NCBI GenBank assembly: GCA_963799775.1
Contig: CAWCYD010000002.1
Coordinates: 1-64,000, forward strand
Source of the DNA: an uncultured archaeon
GTDB lineage: Archaea > Thermoproteota > Nitrososphaeria > Nitrososphaerales > Gagatemarchaeaceae
DNA length: 64,000 nucleotides
Direction: 5' to 3'
The position numbers and the translations under genes are program-made. Every line of letters starts with the position of its first letter. Position 1 is the stretch's first letter. The notes beneath the pieces were generated by a model that was not told the origin of the DNA, made no database searches, and saw only the letters and a program-made list of their open reading frames with translations. Below, one piece after another: positions 11,980 to 22,059 of this stretch.

Positions 11980-12008
11980 CGCTGTCTTCGCGCGTACCGC
12001 GTGCTCAG

Positions 12009-12284
12009 ATGGAAACAGACGAATCGAAGGAGACCCCGATCAAGGGTGTGACCTACAGAGACGCCGATTCTAGACTGAGGACGGACGTTTCGCCTCTCTT
12101 CTTGACGTATTTCATGATCGACTGGAAAAGGATATCACAGTCGCCCTCCTCGAACATGTGCCTCTCCTGCGGTGGCGAGATGATGAGCGTCGAGCCCGTC
12201 CGGGACAAGAAAGGCGTCGTCTTCGACGGGATCGTCTGCCACAAGTGCAAGACTCTCCTCTGGTCCAGGAGCGGCAAGGGCTAG
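12009..12284 (+). CDS. Small Zn-ribbon protein
   Basis: CLSC...CHKC pairs. Confidence 0.6.
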   Translation: METDESKETPIKGVTYRDADSRLRTDVSPLFLTYFMIDWKRISQSPSSNMCLSCGGEMMSVEPVRDKKGVVFDGIVCHKCKTLLWSRSGKG

Positions 12285-12991
12285 ACGCCGAAGGCCCTTC
12301 CCAAGACAGCGACAACAGCCAGGGCATAGACCGAGTATCTGTAGAGGCCAAGAAGGTATAGGGCGTCCTTCCATCCGGGGGACTCCCTGCTCATTATCGC
12401 CAGGTGGTGCATCATGACCACGCTGATGCCGACGAAGATGGAGAGCGCGAGCGCCGGTGGCGTTATCGTCCCGCTCTGGACGAAGAACGCGGCGAGGAAC
12501 GGGATGGTCCCCCATGTCAACCCAAAACCCGCATATGAGTGGACGATCTTCGGCTTCTCCAGCGGGTATGCGATTGCCGCGAACCCTTCGACGAGGACGA
12601 AGACGAAGAAGAGAGGGCTCCATCTCAGCGCCACGTAGAGGCCGACAAGCGCTCCGGCGGCCACGGCTAGGATTCCTATCCACAGCATGCTCGCGGGGAT
12701 CGAAGGGAAGAACGGCGAGAACTTCTCCCGGCTGGTCCCGATGTCGATGTAGTGCGCACCTATGACCAGACCCAAGAGGGCCGCCAGCATGGTGTAGAGG
12801 TAGATCTCGACGCTAAAGCGCGGTGAGAGCAGCTCGCCGAAGGTGACCCACCCAATGAAGACGAGGCTGAATGGCGTCCTGAGGCCGAAGAGCCATACGT
12901 TACGTCTCCACGGGGAGACCAGGTCCGGCTCGACTGGAGGCGATTCCATTCCGTCGATTCCCCCTGGGCTAACTTCAGCAAGCGATATCAC
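12281..12991 (-). CDS. Polytopic membrane protein, possibly divergent UbiA prenyltransferase-like
   Basis: About 7 TM segments, an AHYID loop, and a UbiE-type methyltransferase nearby. Family assignment is tentative. Confidence 0.45.
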   Translation of the reverse strand: MISLAEVSPGGIDGMESPPVEPDLVSPWRRNVWLFGLRTPFSLVFIGWVTFGELLSPRFSVEIYLYTMLAALLGLVIGAHYIDIGTSREKFSPFFPSIPASMLWIGILAVAAGALVGLYVALRWSPLFFVFVLVEGFAAIAYPLEKPKIVHSYAGFGLTWGTIPFLAAFFVQSGTITPPALALSIFVGISVVMMHHLAIMSRESPGWKDALYLLGLYRYSVYALAVVAVLGRAFGV

Positions 12992-13092
12992 GTTTCAGAA
13001 GAATCTTCTAGCTGTTCTCGCCCTGCGAACAAGTCCTAGCATGACTACATCGAGTCCCTTCATACCGCTTAATACGATTATTCGGCCGGGTC

Positions 13093-14199
13093 GTGAACGT
13101 GAAAACAAGTACAAACCACAAGTACATTGCTCCATTAATCCTCGCAGTTTTCGCATTCACCTTCATCCCCGGCCTAGTCCATCCAGCAGCAGCGGCGACC
13201 GCCTCCACAGGCGTCATCGTCCCGCTCTACAGCTATCCTGGTTGGACGTGGACAGCCCTAATCCAGCAAAAAGAAGCCTTTCCGAGCGTCCCGATAATGG
13301 CGGTAGTCAACCCGTCCAACGGTCCCGGATGGGGGTCTGACCCCAACTTCTATTCTGGAATAAAGAGCCTCCAGGCCGCCGGAATCGATGTCCTTGGATA
13401 CGTCGCCTCTAACTACGCAAGCGTGCCGCAAGGCACGGTAGAGACGGAGGTCCAAGACTACGTTTCCTGGTACGGGGTCAACGGGGTATACATCGACCAG
13501 ATGGCCAACTGGCCAGGGGCCGAATGGTATTACTCCGGCATCACCAACTACGCGCACTCGATCGGCGCATGGTTCGTGGCGGGCAACCCCGGGGCGGACG
13601 TCCCATCTAGCTACATCGGGACGGTGGACACCATCGTCATCTACGAGAACGCAGGCCTTCCAAGCCTCGGTTTCCTAGGTGGATGGCACACCTCCTACGC
13701 GAAGAGCAACTTCGCGGTAGTGGCCTATGGCGACTCCTTCGACCAGTCCTACATCCAGAGCGCCTCCGGCTATCTTGGCTGGATATTCACGACGGACGCA
13801 GGATGGCCCAACCCATATGGGTCGCTCCCGAGCTATCTCGGCAGCCTGCTATCTACTGTCGCCGGTTCGGCACCCGTCCCTCAAACCTCGCCCACGACTA
13901 GTCCCACCCCTGCCGCCGGCAGCGGTGGCCCAGGCACGATCAGCGTCGTCACGATCAGTCGCAGCTCAGGCGAGATCTACGGCATCTACACAACCCTCTG
14001 GGAGAACGGGGCCCTGGTCTCGAGCTGCTTCTCTCCTTGCACCTTCTCAGTCAGCGGAAGCACCAACTACAGCGTAGCCGTCTCGAACTACGCCAGCTAC
14101 TACTACGCGTCTTGGGCAGACGGGAGTCTTCCCAACTTCTACTCCGTCTCTGAGCCAGCAACACCCACAAACCTCATCCTCACCGCATTCTACAACTAG
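13093..14199 (+). CDS. Secreted spherulin-4 (GH135-like) protein with C-terminal beta-sandwich domain
   Basis: Signal peptide, VIVPLYSYP, VVNPSNGPG, VLGYV, GVYIDQM, GNPG, IVIYEN. Confidence 0.8.
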   Translation: MNVKTSTNHKYIAPLILAVFAFTFIPGLVHPAAAATASTGVIVPLYSYPGWTWTALIQQKEAFPSVPIMAVVNPSNGPGWGSDPNFYSGIKSLQAAGIDVLGYVASNYASVPQGTVETEVQDYVSWYGVNGVYIDQMANWPGAEWYYSGITNYAHSIGAWFVAGNPGADVPSSYIGTVDTIVIYENAGLPSLGFLGGWHTSYAKSNFAVVAYGDSFDQSYIQSASGYLGWIFTTDAGWPNPYGSLPSYLGSLLSTVAGSAPVPQTSPTTSPTPAAGSGGPGTISVVTISRSSGEIYGIYTTLWENGALVSSCFSPCTFSVSGSTNYSVAVSNYASYYYASWADGSLPNFYSVSEPATPTNLILTAFYN

Positions 14200-14313
14200 A
14201 CACACGGAAGCTGTTGGGGCGTGCCATGGAGCCGCCTCTCTCCATTTTTCTGTATTTTTGAGAGCCTAGCCTTAAGAGGTCCTGGCGAATGATGAAGCTG
14301 CGGGAGCCTACTC

Positions 14314-15006
14314 ATGGTCCGACAGGACGCACTGGCGCGCAGCATCTTCTCGGGCATCTCTTCTTCTTACGACAACGTCGTCAACCTGATGACGCTGCAA
14401 CAGGACCGCGCGTGGAAGCGAAGGATGCTCGAGAGGCTCCGAGTGCCCCGCGGTGCCAGGGTCTTGGACATCGGATGCGGGACGGGCATCCTCGAAGAGT
14501 CGTCTCCTCTTGACACGTCCGAGGTCGTGGGGGTCGACATCACGAGCCGGATGGTCCGGTCCGCGCAGAGCAAGAAGCTCCGAATGACCCTCGGCCTAGC
14601 CGACGCGGAGCATCTTCCTTTCTCTCCGGGGTCGTTCGATTTCGTCGTCTCATGTTACGTCCCGAAGTATTGCAACACGCGGACGTTCGTAGAGGAGATT
14701 GCGCGCGTTCTCAAGCCCGGCGGAAGGATGGCGGTCTATGACTTCACCAAACCCTCAGGGACGCTCGCCCTGCCCCTCGACCTCTACGTCAAGGGCATCC
14801 TCCCTCTCTTCGGAAGGCTTGTGGCCCCGATCGTTCCTTCGCTGGGATTCACCTATGCCGCGCTTCCAGGCCTCATCGATTCATCATCCTGGAAGGAGGA
14901 ACTCGGGCCTGCGCTCAGAGACAACGGCATCTTCGACGTCGAGAGCCGAGCCATGACTGGCGGCATAGTCACCGTCTTCTGGGCCTCCAAACCGCTCCTC
15001 TACTAG
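14314..15006 (+). CDS. UbiE/COQ5-family SAM methyltransferase
   Basis: IFSGISSSYD..V.LMT, VLDIGCGTG, ARVLKPGG. Confidence 0.8.
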   Translation: MVRQDALARSIFSGISSSYDNVVNLMTLQQDRAWKRRMLERLRVPRGARVLDIGCGTGILEESSPLDTSEVVGVDITSRMVRSAQSKKLRMTLGLADAEHLPFSPGSFDFVVSCYVPKYCNTRTFVEEIARVLKPGGRMAVYDFTKPSGTLALPLDLYVKGILPLFGRLVAPIVPSLGFTYAALPGLIDSSSWKEELGPALRDNGIFDVESRAMTGGIVTVFWASKPLLY

Positions 15007-15051
15007 AGGCAGGGATTCGCTTTTATCCGCGCCACGATTCGCCGCTGTGCT

Positions 15052-15579
15052 GTGTCTGTCCTGAGCGGCGCAGACGTCGCAAAGTCGTGCTCCTCCTACA
15101 AGAAGATCAACCCGAACGGCGTCGACCTCTCCCCGAAGGAGGTCAAGCTCGTCCCCCGCGGCTTCAAGATCTATCTTCACGGCGAGCAAAGGGGATACGT
15201 GGCTCCCTCCGCCCTCAGGGGCCGAAGGGGCAAGCCGGAGGTCAGGGACGTCAAGGAACTGGTCCCGCCTGACAAGGAGGGCTTCTACGACTTCCTCAAG
15301 GGCAACCTATACGAGCTGAGGTTCCCGAAGGTGACCGTCCCTGCCGACTGCACGGGGTTCGCGTTCCCTCGCTCCACGGTGAACAGGCTGGGCATCATCA
15401 AGCTGGAGAGCGCCGTCTTCGACAGCGGCTACAGCGGAGAGCCCACGCAGACCATCTTCACGCCGATCGACGCGAGGGTCCACAAGGACGAGGCCCTCAT
15501 CCAGCTCGTGTTCATCAGGAACGAGGCCCCTGCGAAGCAGCTCTACAGCGGCCGATACCAGAACGAGTCCTCGACCTGA
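15052..15579 (+). CDS. dUTPase/dCTP deaminase family protein
   Basis: INPNGVDL, PRSTVNRLG, FDSGYSG, IQLVF, YSGRYQ. Confidence 0.8.
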   Translation: MSVLSGADVAKSCSSYKKINPNGVDLSPKEVKLVPRGFKIYLHGEQRGYVAPSALRGRRGKPEVRDVKELVPPDKEGFYDFLKGNLYELRFPKVTVPADCTGFAFPRSTVNRLGIIKLESAVFDSGYSGEPTQTIFTPIDARVHKDEALIQLVFIRNEAPAKQLYSGRYQNESST

Positions 15580-15623
15580 TAGCAAGAACCCCGTTTAAAT
15601 CGCCGCAAGCCCCCGAAGCACGG

Positions 15624-16121
15624 ATGCCCCGGACTGGCGACGTCAAGGTAGCGGTGGCCGACCCTGCGAGCAAGGACGCGAAGTGGTGCATGGCCCAATA
15701 CTTCTCGGAGCTGGACAGGCGCTTCGAGGGAGGGTTCGACCCACGGGTCACAAGGCCCACTCCGCCTCGCGAGTTGAGGCCGCCGAGGGGACTCTTGCTC
15801 ATCGCCCACCTGCGGAAGGAACCCGTCGGCTGTGGCGCCCTGAAATTCCACGAGGATGGGGTGGCGGAGATCAAACGCTTGTGGGTCGCACCGAAGATCA
15901 GGGGCCGCGGCGTCGGGCGCCGCCTCCTCGCGGAATTGGAGAAGTCGGCCTCGGAATCAGGCGTCAAGGTGCTCCGCCTCGACACGAACAAGGCACTCAG
16001 AGAGGCGATGGCCCTCTACAGGAGCTCGAACTACGAGGAGGTGGAGCGTTTCAACGACGAGCCCTACGCCCACTTTTGGTTCGAGAAGCGCCTGGGCTCC
16101 AAGAGCCTACTTCGCGGCTGA
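15624..16121 (+). CDS. GNAT acetyltransferase
   Basis: VGCGALK, EIKRLWV..RGRGVG, LRLDT. Confidence 0.85.
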   Translation: MPRTGDVKVAVADPASKDAKWCMAQYFSELDRRFEGGFDPRVTRPTPPRELRPPRGLLLIAHLRKEPVGCGALKFHEDGVAEIKRLWVAPKIRGRGVGRRLLAELEKSASESGVKVLRLDTNKALREAMALYRSSNYEEVERFNDEPYAHFWFEKRLGSKSLLRG

Positions 16122-16820
16122 CACTCTGGCCAGCATGCGGGGGGACTTGCTGACGACCTCCCTGTAATACACGCAGCGCGCCTTGAGGGTGCACTCGCCG
16201 CACCTCGGGCCGATTGGCTTGCACGTGGTCTGCCCGAACCTCACGAAGAGGTCGTTGAGCGCTAGCCAATACCTCTTGGGGCCCTTCTTCACGAGCTCCG
16301 CCTCCGTCTCCTCCGGCGTCTTGGTCTTTACCAGCCCCAGCCTGTTGGAGATCCTGTGGACGTGCGTGTCCACGGGGATCGCCGGCTTGTTGAACCCGTA
16401 GACCAGCACGCAGTTCGCGGTCTTCCTCCCGACAGACGGCAAGGTCATCAGCGTCTCCACGTCCGAGGGGACCTCGCCCCCGAACCGGTCGACCAGCTGC
16501 TTCGCGACCTTGATCACGCTCCTCGACTTCACGTTGTAGAACCCTACGGACCTGATGAGCTTCCTCACCTCCCGGACGTTTGCTCCCGCAAGCTCCTCGG
16601 GGCCGGGGAACCTCTCGAACAGCCTGTCGGTTGCCATCGTCGTCATCTCGTCCCGGGTGCGCTGGGAGAGGATCGTCCCGATGAGGATCTTGAACGGGTC
16701 GCCCTCCTCCTCTTCCTTGAGCTCTGAGAGAGCGGTGGCTCTGGGTCACTTGCTCTCGCGGACCATCTTCGCGATGGCGCTCAGGATGGGGCCGATGTCG
16801 TCTAGCTTTCGATCAGCCAT
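16107..16820 (-). CDS. nth: Endonuclease III (frameshift near 16748)
   Basis: DPFKILIGTILSQRTRD, HhH LPSVGRKTANCV, VDTHV, Fe-S motif CKPIGPRCGECTLKARC. Confidence 0.9.
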
Positions 16821-17734
16821 GGCTCTTTTGCCCGCCACTCGGCTATGTCCGCGCTCGTCTTCTGGAGGTTGTAGTCCGGTGAGTATGAGATGGTGCCCCA
16901 CGACGCCTGGTCTTCCAGGTACAGGCCTGCCTTGAGCTGGGCAGCTGCGTACGGGGGGAGGCCGCTCTTCGACAGGAGCCCCTCGCGCTTGACCTCGGCC
17001 TTCTTCCCGCTCGCCTCGACGAAGCCCTTGGCCAGCTCCTCCGGGGTGGAGTCGAAGGACTTCACCTGGTACACCTTGCCTGCCTCCCCGGAGGTCGCCA
17101 CCTTGAACAGGGCCTTTGCGACGTCCCTCGGATGAGTGAAGGACATCGGGGTGCCGCTGGAGGGGACCACGACCGCCCCGTTCTCTGCCATCCTCAGGAT
17201 TGGGAGGGCGAGCGTCATGTCCCTCGGGCCTGTAGCTCGTGCAGCCCTTACCACTTTGATTCGCATCTCGCCGCGCTTGGAGAACTCCCGGAGCAACTTC
17301 TCCGCCTCCATCTTCGCCATCTGATAGGGATGCGTCGGCGACAACTCGAGCGCCACCTCTGACGCGCCCACGCGCTTCTTCTTGAAACCGTAGACGTCCA
17401 GCGTGCTCAGGTGAACAAAGTCCTTCGCGCCGTGCTCCTCCGCTTCCTCCAGCAGGTTGCGGAGGCCTTTCGTGTTGACCTCGAGGTAGTCTCCGTGCCC
17501 CTCGTGGTCTGGGGTGGGGGACGCGAGGTTGTAGACGACGTCGACCCCGTCGAGGGGCTCGTGGAGGGTCTCCCTCTCGAGGAGGTCGGCCTCGAGGCAC
17601 TGGATCCCGCACTGGTCGAGTATCCTGAGGTGGGGCCCCTTGCGGATGACGCCCTTTGAGATCTCGCCCTCTTGGAAGAAGTATTCTGCGAGGTGGCCCC
17701 CAATGAAGCCGGTCCCGCCGACGATGAGGTTCAA
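16802..17734 (-). CDS. NAD-dependent epimerase/dehydratase
   Basis: GGTGFIGGHL, YQMAK (YxxxK). Confidence 0.85.
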   Translation of the reverse strand: MNLIVGGTGFIGGHLAEYFFQEGEISKGVIRKGPHLRILDQCGIQCLEADLLERETLHEPLDGVDVVYNLASPTPDHEGHGDYLEVNTKGLRNLLEEAEEHGAKDFVHLSTLDVYGFKKKRVGASEVALELSPTHPYQMAKMEAEKLLREFSKRGEMRIKVVRAARATGPRDMTLALPILRMAENGAVVVPSSGTPMSFTHPRDVAKALFKVATSGEAGKVYQVKSFDSTPEELAKGFVEASGKKAEVKREGLLSKSGLPPYAAAQLKAGLYLEDQASWGTISYSPDYNLQKTSADIAEWRAKEPWLIES

Positions 17735-17791
17735 GGTGCCCCTAGCCCTCCCAGGAGGCGTGCTCAAGTTTCGCATGAAAATCAAGGAGTT

Positions 17792-18130
17792 TCAGAGGGG
17801 CTGTGGTGATGGTGGGCGTGCTCTTCCTTCTTCTTCGCAGCCTCGGCCGCCGCCGGGTCGACCTGGAAGTCGCCCCTCACCACCTTCTGCTGCAGGCTCC
17901 TCTTCGAACTTTGAGACGTCGCCAAAGACCTCCTTGAGCTTCTTCTTCGCGAGGCGCGAGAGCTTCGGGGCGAAGTTCTGCCCTCCGTAGCGCCCGTACG
18001 CGATGCCCTTGAACCTGATCTTCTCGCCCTTGACCTCGATGTATCCCTTGACGATGTTGGCTATCTCTCCGCCCGTCACGTCGTCCACCACGACCTGGTA
18101 CTCGGGGAGGTGCTGATTCTCTCTCTGCAA
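17792..18130 (-). CDS. Hypothetical protein (probable 3' frameshift)
   Basis: Protein-like ORF in an operon-like arrangement. Confidence 0.5.
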   Translation of the reverse strand: MQRENQHLPEYQVVVDDVTGGEIANIVKGYIEVKGEKIRFKGIAYGRYGGQNFAPKLSRLAKKKLKEVFGDVSKFEEEPAAEGGEGRLPGRPGGGRGCEEEGRARPPSPQPL

Positions 18131-18175
18131 ACTGGCCGTTCGAGGTGGGGCAGGTATTTGAATTGTCGGGGCGAG

Positions 18176-18631
18176 CTAGTCCAGGACGAACGGGCTGAGG
18201 AAGTTCTCCTTGGTCGTGTTGAGCACCACGTGGGTGTTCGTCCTCTCGACATGGGGGAGGGCGAGCACAGCCTTTGTGAAGTTGCTGAGCTCCTCCCTGG
18301 TCTTGAACTTCGAGATCACAATGCTGTCCTCCTCGCCAGTGACGTCGTATACCGCGCAGACGTGCGGCAGCTTGGCGATGTCTTTCTCGACCTCGATGAC
18401 CTTTCCCTTGGAGACGGTGACCTCCGTGACCGTTGTTATCTCGAAGCCGAGAAGCTCGGAGCTCACCTGTGCGGTGTAGCCCTTTATCACGCCCGCCTTC
18501 TCCATCTTCCTCACCCTCTGGGCGACCGTCACGACCGAGGCGTGAGCCTTTTTTGACAGGTCCCTGAAGGATTGCCGCGCATCGGTCATAAGCTCCTTCA
18601 GGATGATTTTGTCGAGGTTGTCCAATTGCAT
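18176..18631 (-). CDS. Lrp/AsnC transcriptional regulator
   Basis: LDNLDKIILKEL..DAR HTH and YDVTGEED RAM domain; divergent from glnA. Confidence 0.92.
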   Translation of the reverse strand: MQLDNLDKIILKELMTDARQSFRDLSKKAHASVVTVAQRVRKMEKAGVIKGYTAQVSSELLGFEITTVTEVTVSKGKVIEVEKDIAKLPHVCAVYDVTGEEDSIVISKFKTREELSNFTKAVLALPHVERTNTHVVLNTTKENFLSPFVLD

Positions 18632-18746
18632 TTGCTACGTGCATGGCCCATATATTAGCCATTTGATAAGTTTTATCATGGATATGTAAACAAGCGCAAA
18701 GATGTAACGGCAAGATTTATTAGACCTCCGAAGCCGGGCCACATCC

Positions 18747-20214
18747 ATGCCGTTTGATAGGACCGCGAAAGGCAGTCTCATTCCAAGAAAGAGAACACCG
18801 AAGCAGGTTTTGGACGAAGTCAAGGAGAAGAACGTAAAGTTCATCGACCTCCAGTTCATGGATGTCCCTGGAAGGATCCAGCACGTCTCCATAACGTCGA
18901 CAATGTTGGAGGAGGATACATTTGACATCGGAGTCGCAAAGCTGGACGGCTCATCGATCAAGGGCTTTGCAGAGATCTACGAATCGGACATGCTCCTCAT
19001 CCCAGACCCCTCGAGCTACGCCCTGATCCCGTGGGGCGACGAGAGGTATCCGACGGGCAGGCTCATCTGTGACATCCAGTGGGGCTTTGGCAAGGGGAGG
19101 TTCTCTAGGGCACACCCGCTACATCGCCCAGAAGGCGGAGGAGCGCCTGAAGGCCGCGGGGTTCACGGACTCCTATTGGGGCCCAGAAATCGAGTTCTTC
19201 GTCTTCGACAGCGCCACCTGGAACGTCAACAACCCGTTCGAGGTCGGCTTCAAGATAACTTCCGTAGAGAGTGCCGTCGAGTCGAGGGGCACGAACTTCC
19301 CCATCAGGTGGAAGGAAGGATACTACCCTGCGCCACCTCAGGACACCCTCCAGGACTACCGCAGCGAGGTCGCCTATCTGCTGGAGCAGAACTTCGGCGT
19401 GGTCAACGACGCCCACCACCACGAAGTCGCGACCGCAGGTCAATGCGAGATCGACATGTATCGCGACTCGCTCGTGGCCATGGGAGACAGCGTCATGAGC
19501 TACAAGTTCGTGATAAAGAACATCGCTGCGAAGAGAGGGCTCATCGCATCGATAATGCCCAAGCCCATCTTTGGGGACAACGCTTCCGGAATGCACGTCT
19601 CCTCGAGCCTCTGGAAGGGGGCGAAGAACGCGTTCTACGACGCCAACGACAGCTACGCGGAGCTGAGCCAGACCGGCCGCTACTATGTAGGAGGGCTGCT
19701 CAACCACAGCAGGGCGTTGACAGCGATAACTAACCCAACGACCAATTCGTACAGGAGGCTGGTGCCCGGATACGAGGCTCCGATTTACGTCGCGTGGAGC
19801 AAGGCCAACCGCTCAGCGAACGTCAGGATCCCTGTCTACCACAAGGGTGCCAACGAGGAGAAGAGGAAGAGGGCCGAATTCAGGACTCCAGACCCCTCCG
19901 CCAACCCCTACCTCGCCATGTCGGCGATACTCGCCGCAGGCCTAGACGGCATCAAGAAGAAGATGGACCCTGGCAGCCCGATCAACGAGGACATCTACAA
20001 GCTCACCCCAGAGAAGAAGAAGTCCTACGGCGTCAAGGAGCTCCCGACGAGCCTGTTCGAGTCTCTCGAGGCGCTCGAGAGCGATTCGAGCTTCCTCGAC
20101 GGCATCTTCTCCAAGGACATGGTAGAGATGGTAATCGAGCTGGGCTCGGCCAGCGCCAAGGCGGTCGCCGCCAGGCCTCACCCGTACGAGTTCTACCTCT
20201 ACTTCGACATCTAG
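18747..20214 (+). CDS. glnA: Glutamine synthetase type I (frameshift near 19110)
   Basis: DLQFMD, DGSSIKGF, GPEIEFF, HHHEVA, NASGMH, NSYRRLVPGYEAP, EFRTPD; ends HPYEFYLYFDI. Confidence 0.95.
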
Positions 20215-20236
20215 CAGTTAACTGCTACCTGTCAAG
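20191..20236 (+). repeat. attL: glnA 3' end plus palindromic arm
   Basis: TTCTACCTCTACTTCGACATCTAG (20191-20214) matches 37960-37983 at 23/24. Perfect palindrome TAGCAGTTAACTGCTA at 20212-20227. Confidence 0.85.
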
Positions 20237-20271
20237 GCTTAAATGTGGGCTGGGACCAAGGTCCAGCCTGC

Positions 20272-21537
20272 ATGAAGGTCCTAAACAGAAGAGCGTACGA
20301 GTGGAGGAGAGATTATCGGGACGAGGTAGTCGTTCAACTCAAGACCTATCTGGAGAAGGTGGGAAGGCGCGGCTCCAAGAAGAGCATCGAGAACTCTACA
20401 GGAGGGATGATGGACTTTTGCAGCTACCTCGAGATGCTGCCTAACGACGCTCTGGCCTACATGAGGAAGAACGACGTCTACAAGGTCCTCGACGGATACG
20501 TGGCTTGGATGCTCAAAGACAAGTTCGCGCCAAACTCCCTCAGGAACCGACTCTCGGCCGTGAAGAAGTTCCTCGCCATTAACGACTTCGAGTTGGACAA
20601 CGCCAAGATGAGGGTCAAGGTGGATCTCCCCAGGTATCACTCGGTCACCGCCGACAGGGTCCCGACGCCGGATGAGCTCAGGAGCGTCCTCACGCACGCG
20701 GATGCCCGCGGAAAGGCCCTCGTCACAATGCTGGCTTCGAGCGGGATGAGGGTAGGAGAATTCCTTACTCTTAGAGTGAAGGATGTCGATCTTTCCAAGA
20801 GTCCAGCGACGATACACCTGAGGGCAGAGGTGACAAAGGACAGACAGCCGAGGTATTGCTTCATCAGCGACGAGGCGGTCACGTTCTTGAAGGAATTCCT
20901 CCTCGACCGGATCAACAATCCCAGCGACTACATCTTCCCGACGTCAACCCGTGGACAGGAGCACAAGACCGGCAACCTACCGATGTCTTACTGGAACGCC
21001 GACCACATCTTCTCGTTGGCGCTGAAGAACTCCGGACTGGGGGAGAAGGACGACCAGGGGAGGGCTACCATCCACATCCACTGCCTGAGGAAGTTCTTCT
21101 TCACGCAGATGCTTCAGCCATTGGGAAGGGACATTGCCGAGGCGCTGATGGGGCACAAGCTCTTCCTCGACTCCGCGTACAGGCGATACACGGAAGACCA
21201 GATGAGAGAGTTCTATCTCAAAGGCATGGAAGCGGTCACGATAATGCTGCGCAAGCGAGGGATGAGCCAGGAGGAGATCAAGCAGTCCTTCAAGCGAGAG
21301 ACGCTGATACAGATTGCCGGCTACACCCAGGAGCAGGTCGACAAGCTGGACCTGTCGAGCATGAAGGACGAGGACTTTCAGAAGATGGTGCGAGAGAAGC
21401 TGCTCGGAGCCATGGCCAACAACGGGAACAGGCAGAAGGTGATTCCTATCAGCGAGCTGAAAGCTCATATTGGTCAGGGCTGGGAATATCTCGCTCAGCT
21501 TCCCGACTCAGACGTTGTCGTTAAGTTACCAATGTAG
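20272..21537 (+). CDS. Tyrosine recombinase/integrase
   Basis: Catalytic set present: SGMRVGE (R), TKD (K), HCLRKFF (HxxR), LMGH, DSAY (Y). Confidence 0.93.
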   Translation: MKVLNRRAYEWRRDYRDEVVVQLKTYLEKVGRRGSKKSIENSTGGMMDFCSYLEMLPNDALAYMRKNDVYKVLDGYVAWMLKDKFAPNSLRNRLSAVKKFLAINDFELDNAKMRVKVDLPRYHSVTADRVPTPDELRSVLTHADARGKALVTMLASSGMRVGEFLTLRVKDVDLSKSPATIHLRAEVTKDRQPRYCFISDEAVTFLKEFLLDRINNPSDYIFPTSTRGQEHKTGNLPMSYWNADHIFSLALKNSGLGEKDDQGRATIHIHCLRKFFFTQMLQPLGRDIAEALMGHKLFLDSAYRRYTEDQMREFYLKGMEAVTIMLRKRGMSQEEIKQSFKRETLIQIAGYTQEQVDKLDLSSMKDEDFQKMVREKLLGAMANNGNRQKVIPISELKAHIGQGWEYLAQLPDSDVVVKLPM

Positions 21538-21547
21538 TGACAACCGG

Positions 21548-21862
21548 ATGGACCACTTTGTCGCCTATGATGGAAGAAAGATAAGATTCACTGAAATCCA
21601 GAGACTACACATCGCTTTCTTCCATCCCGAAGTGATGGTCGATGAACACAAGATTGAACTCGCGCTTTCGGAGCCGGAGCTTGTGGCGACTGGCGCTACC
21701 GACGATACCAGGATTCTCTACAGGTTCTTCACGAAGACGGCGGTGACATCGAAGTACCTTGCAGTCGTGATCAAGCAGTTGAATGGAGAAGGATTTATAC
21801 TGACGGCGTACTTCACTGAGAATGTAAAGAGGAAGAAGGTGGTATGGAGAAAAGCAAACTGA
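21548..21862 (+). CDS. Putative BECR/RelE-fold (DUF4258/PBECR2-like) toxin
   Basis: H..F.HPEV, ALSEP, YRFF, FILTAYFT; overlaps a DUF2283-like gene. Confidence 0.65.
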   Translation: MDHFVAYDGRKIRFTEIQRLHIAFFHPEVMVDEHKIELALSEPELVATGATDDTRILYRFFTKTAVTSKYLAVVIKQLNGEGFILTAYFTENVKRKKVVWRKAN

Positions 21863-22059
21863 TCATCAGCTATGACAAGGAGGCCGATGTGGCGTACCTG
21901 AGCTTCGGGAAGCCGCGGCCTTCTGTCTCAGAGGAGGTTGATGATTATGTGCTGGTCAGGCGCGACCCGAAGACCAACAAGATCAGAGGAGTTACCATCA
22001 CGAACTTCAGTCGTTACTTCACCGCCAAGAAGGAGATGAAGGTGGAGATATCCGAATGA
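21844..22059 (+). CDS. DUF2283-like putative antitoxin
   Basis: ISYDKEADVAYLSF...IRGVTI signature. Confidence 0.8.
   Translation: MEKSKLIISYDKEADVAYLSFGKPRPSVSEEVDDYVLVRRDPKTNKIRGVTITNFSRYFTAKKEMKVEISE

Noticed and set aside
18747-20214. glnA and other split genes as pseudogenes or programmed frameshifts
   Set aside because: Indels are scattered window-wide with no consistent slippery motif; more likely read errors.
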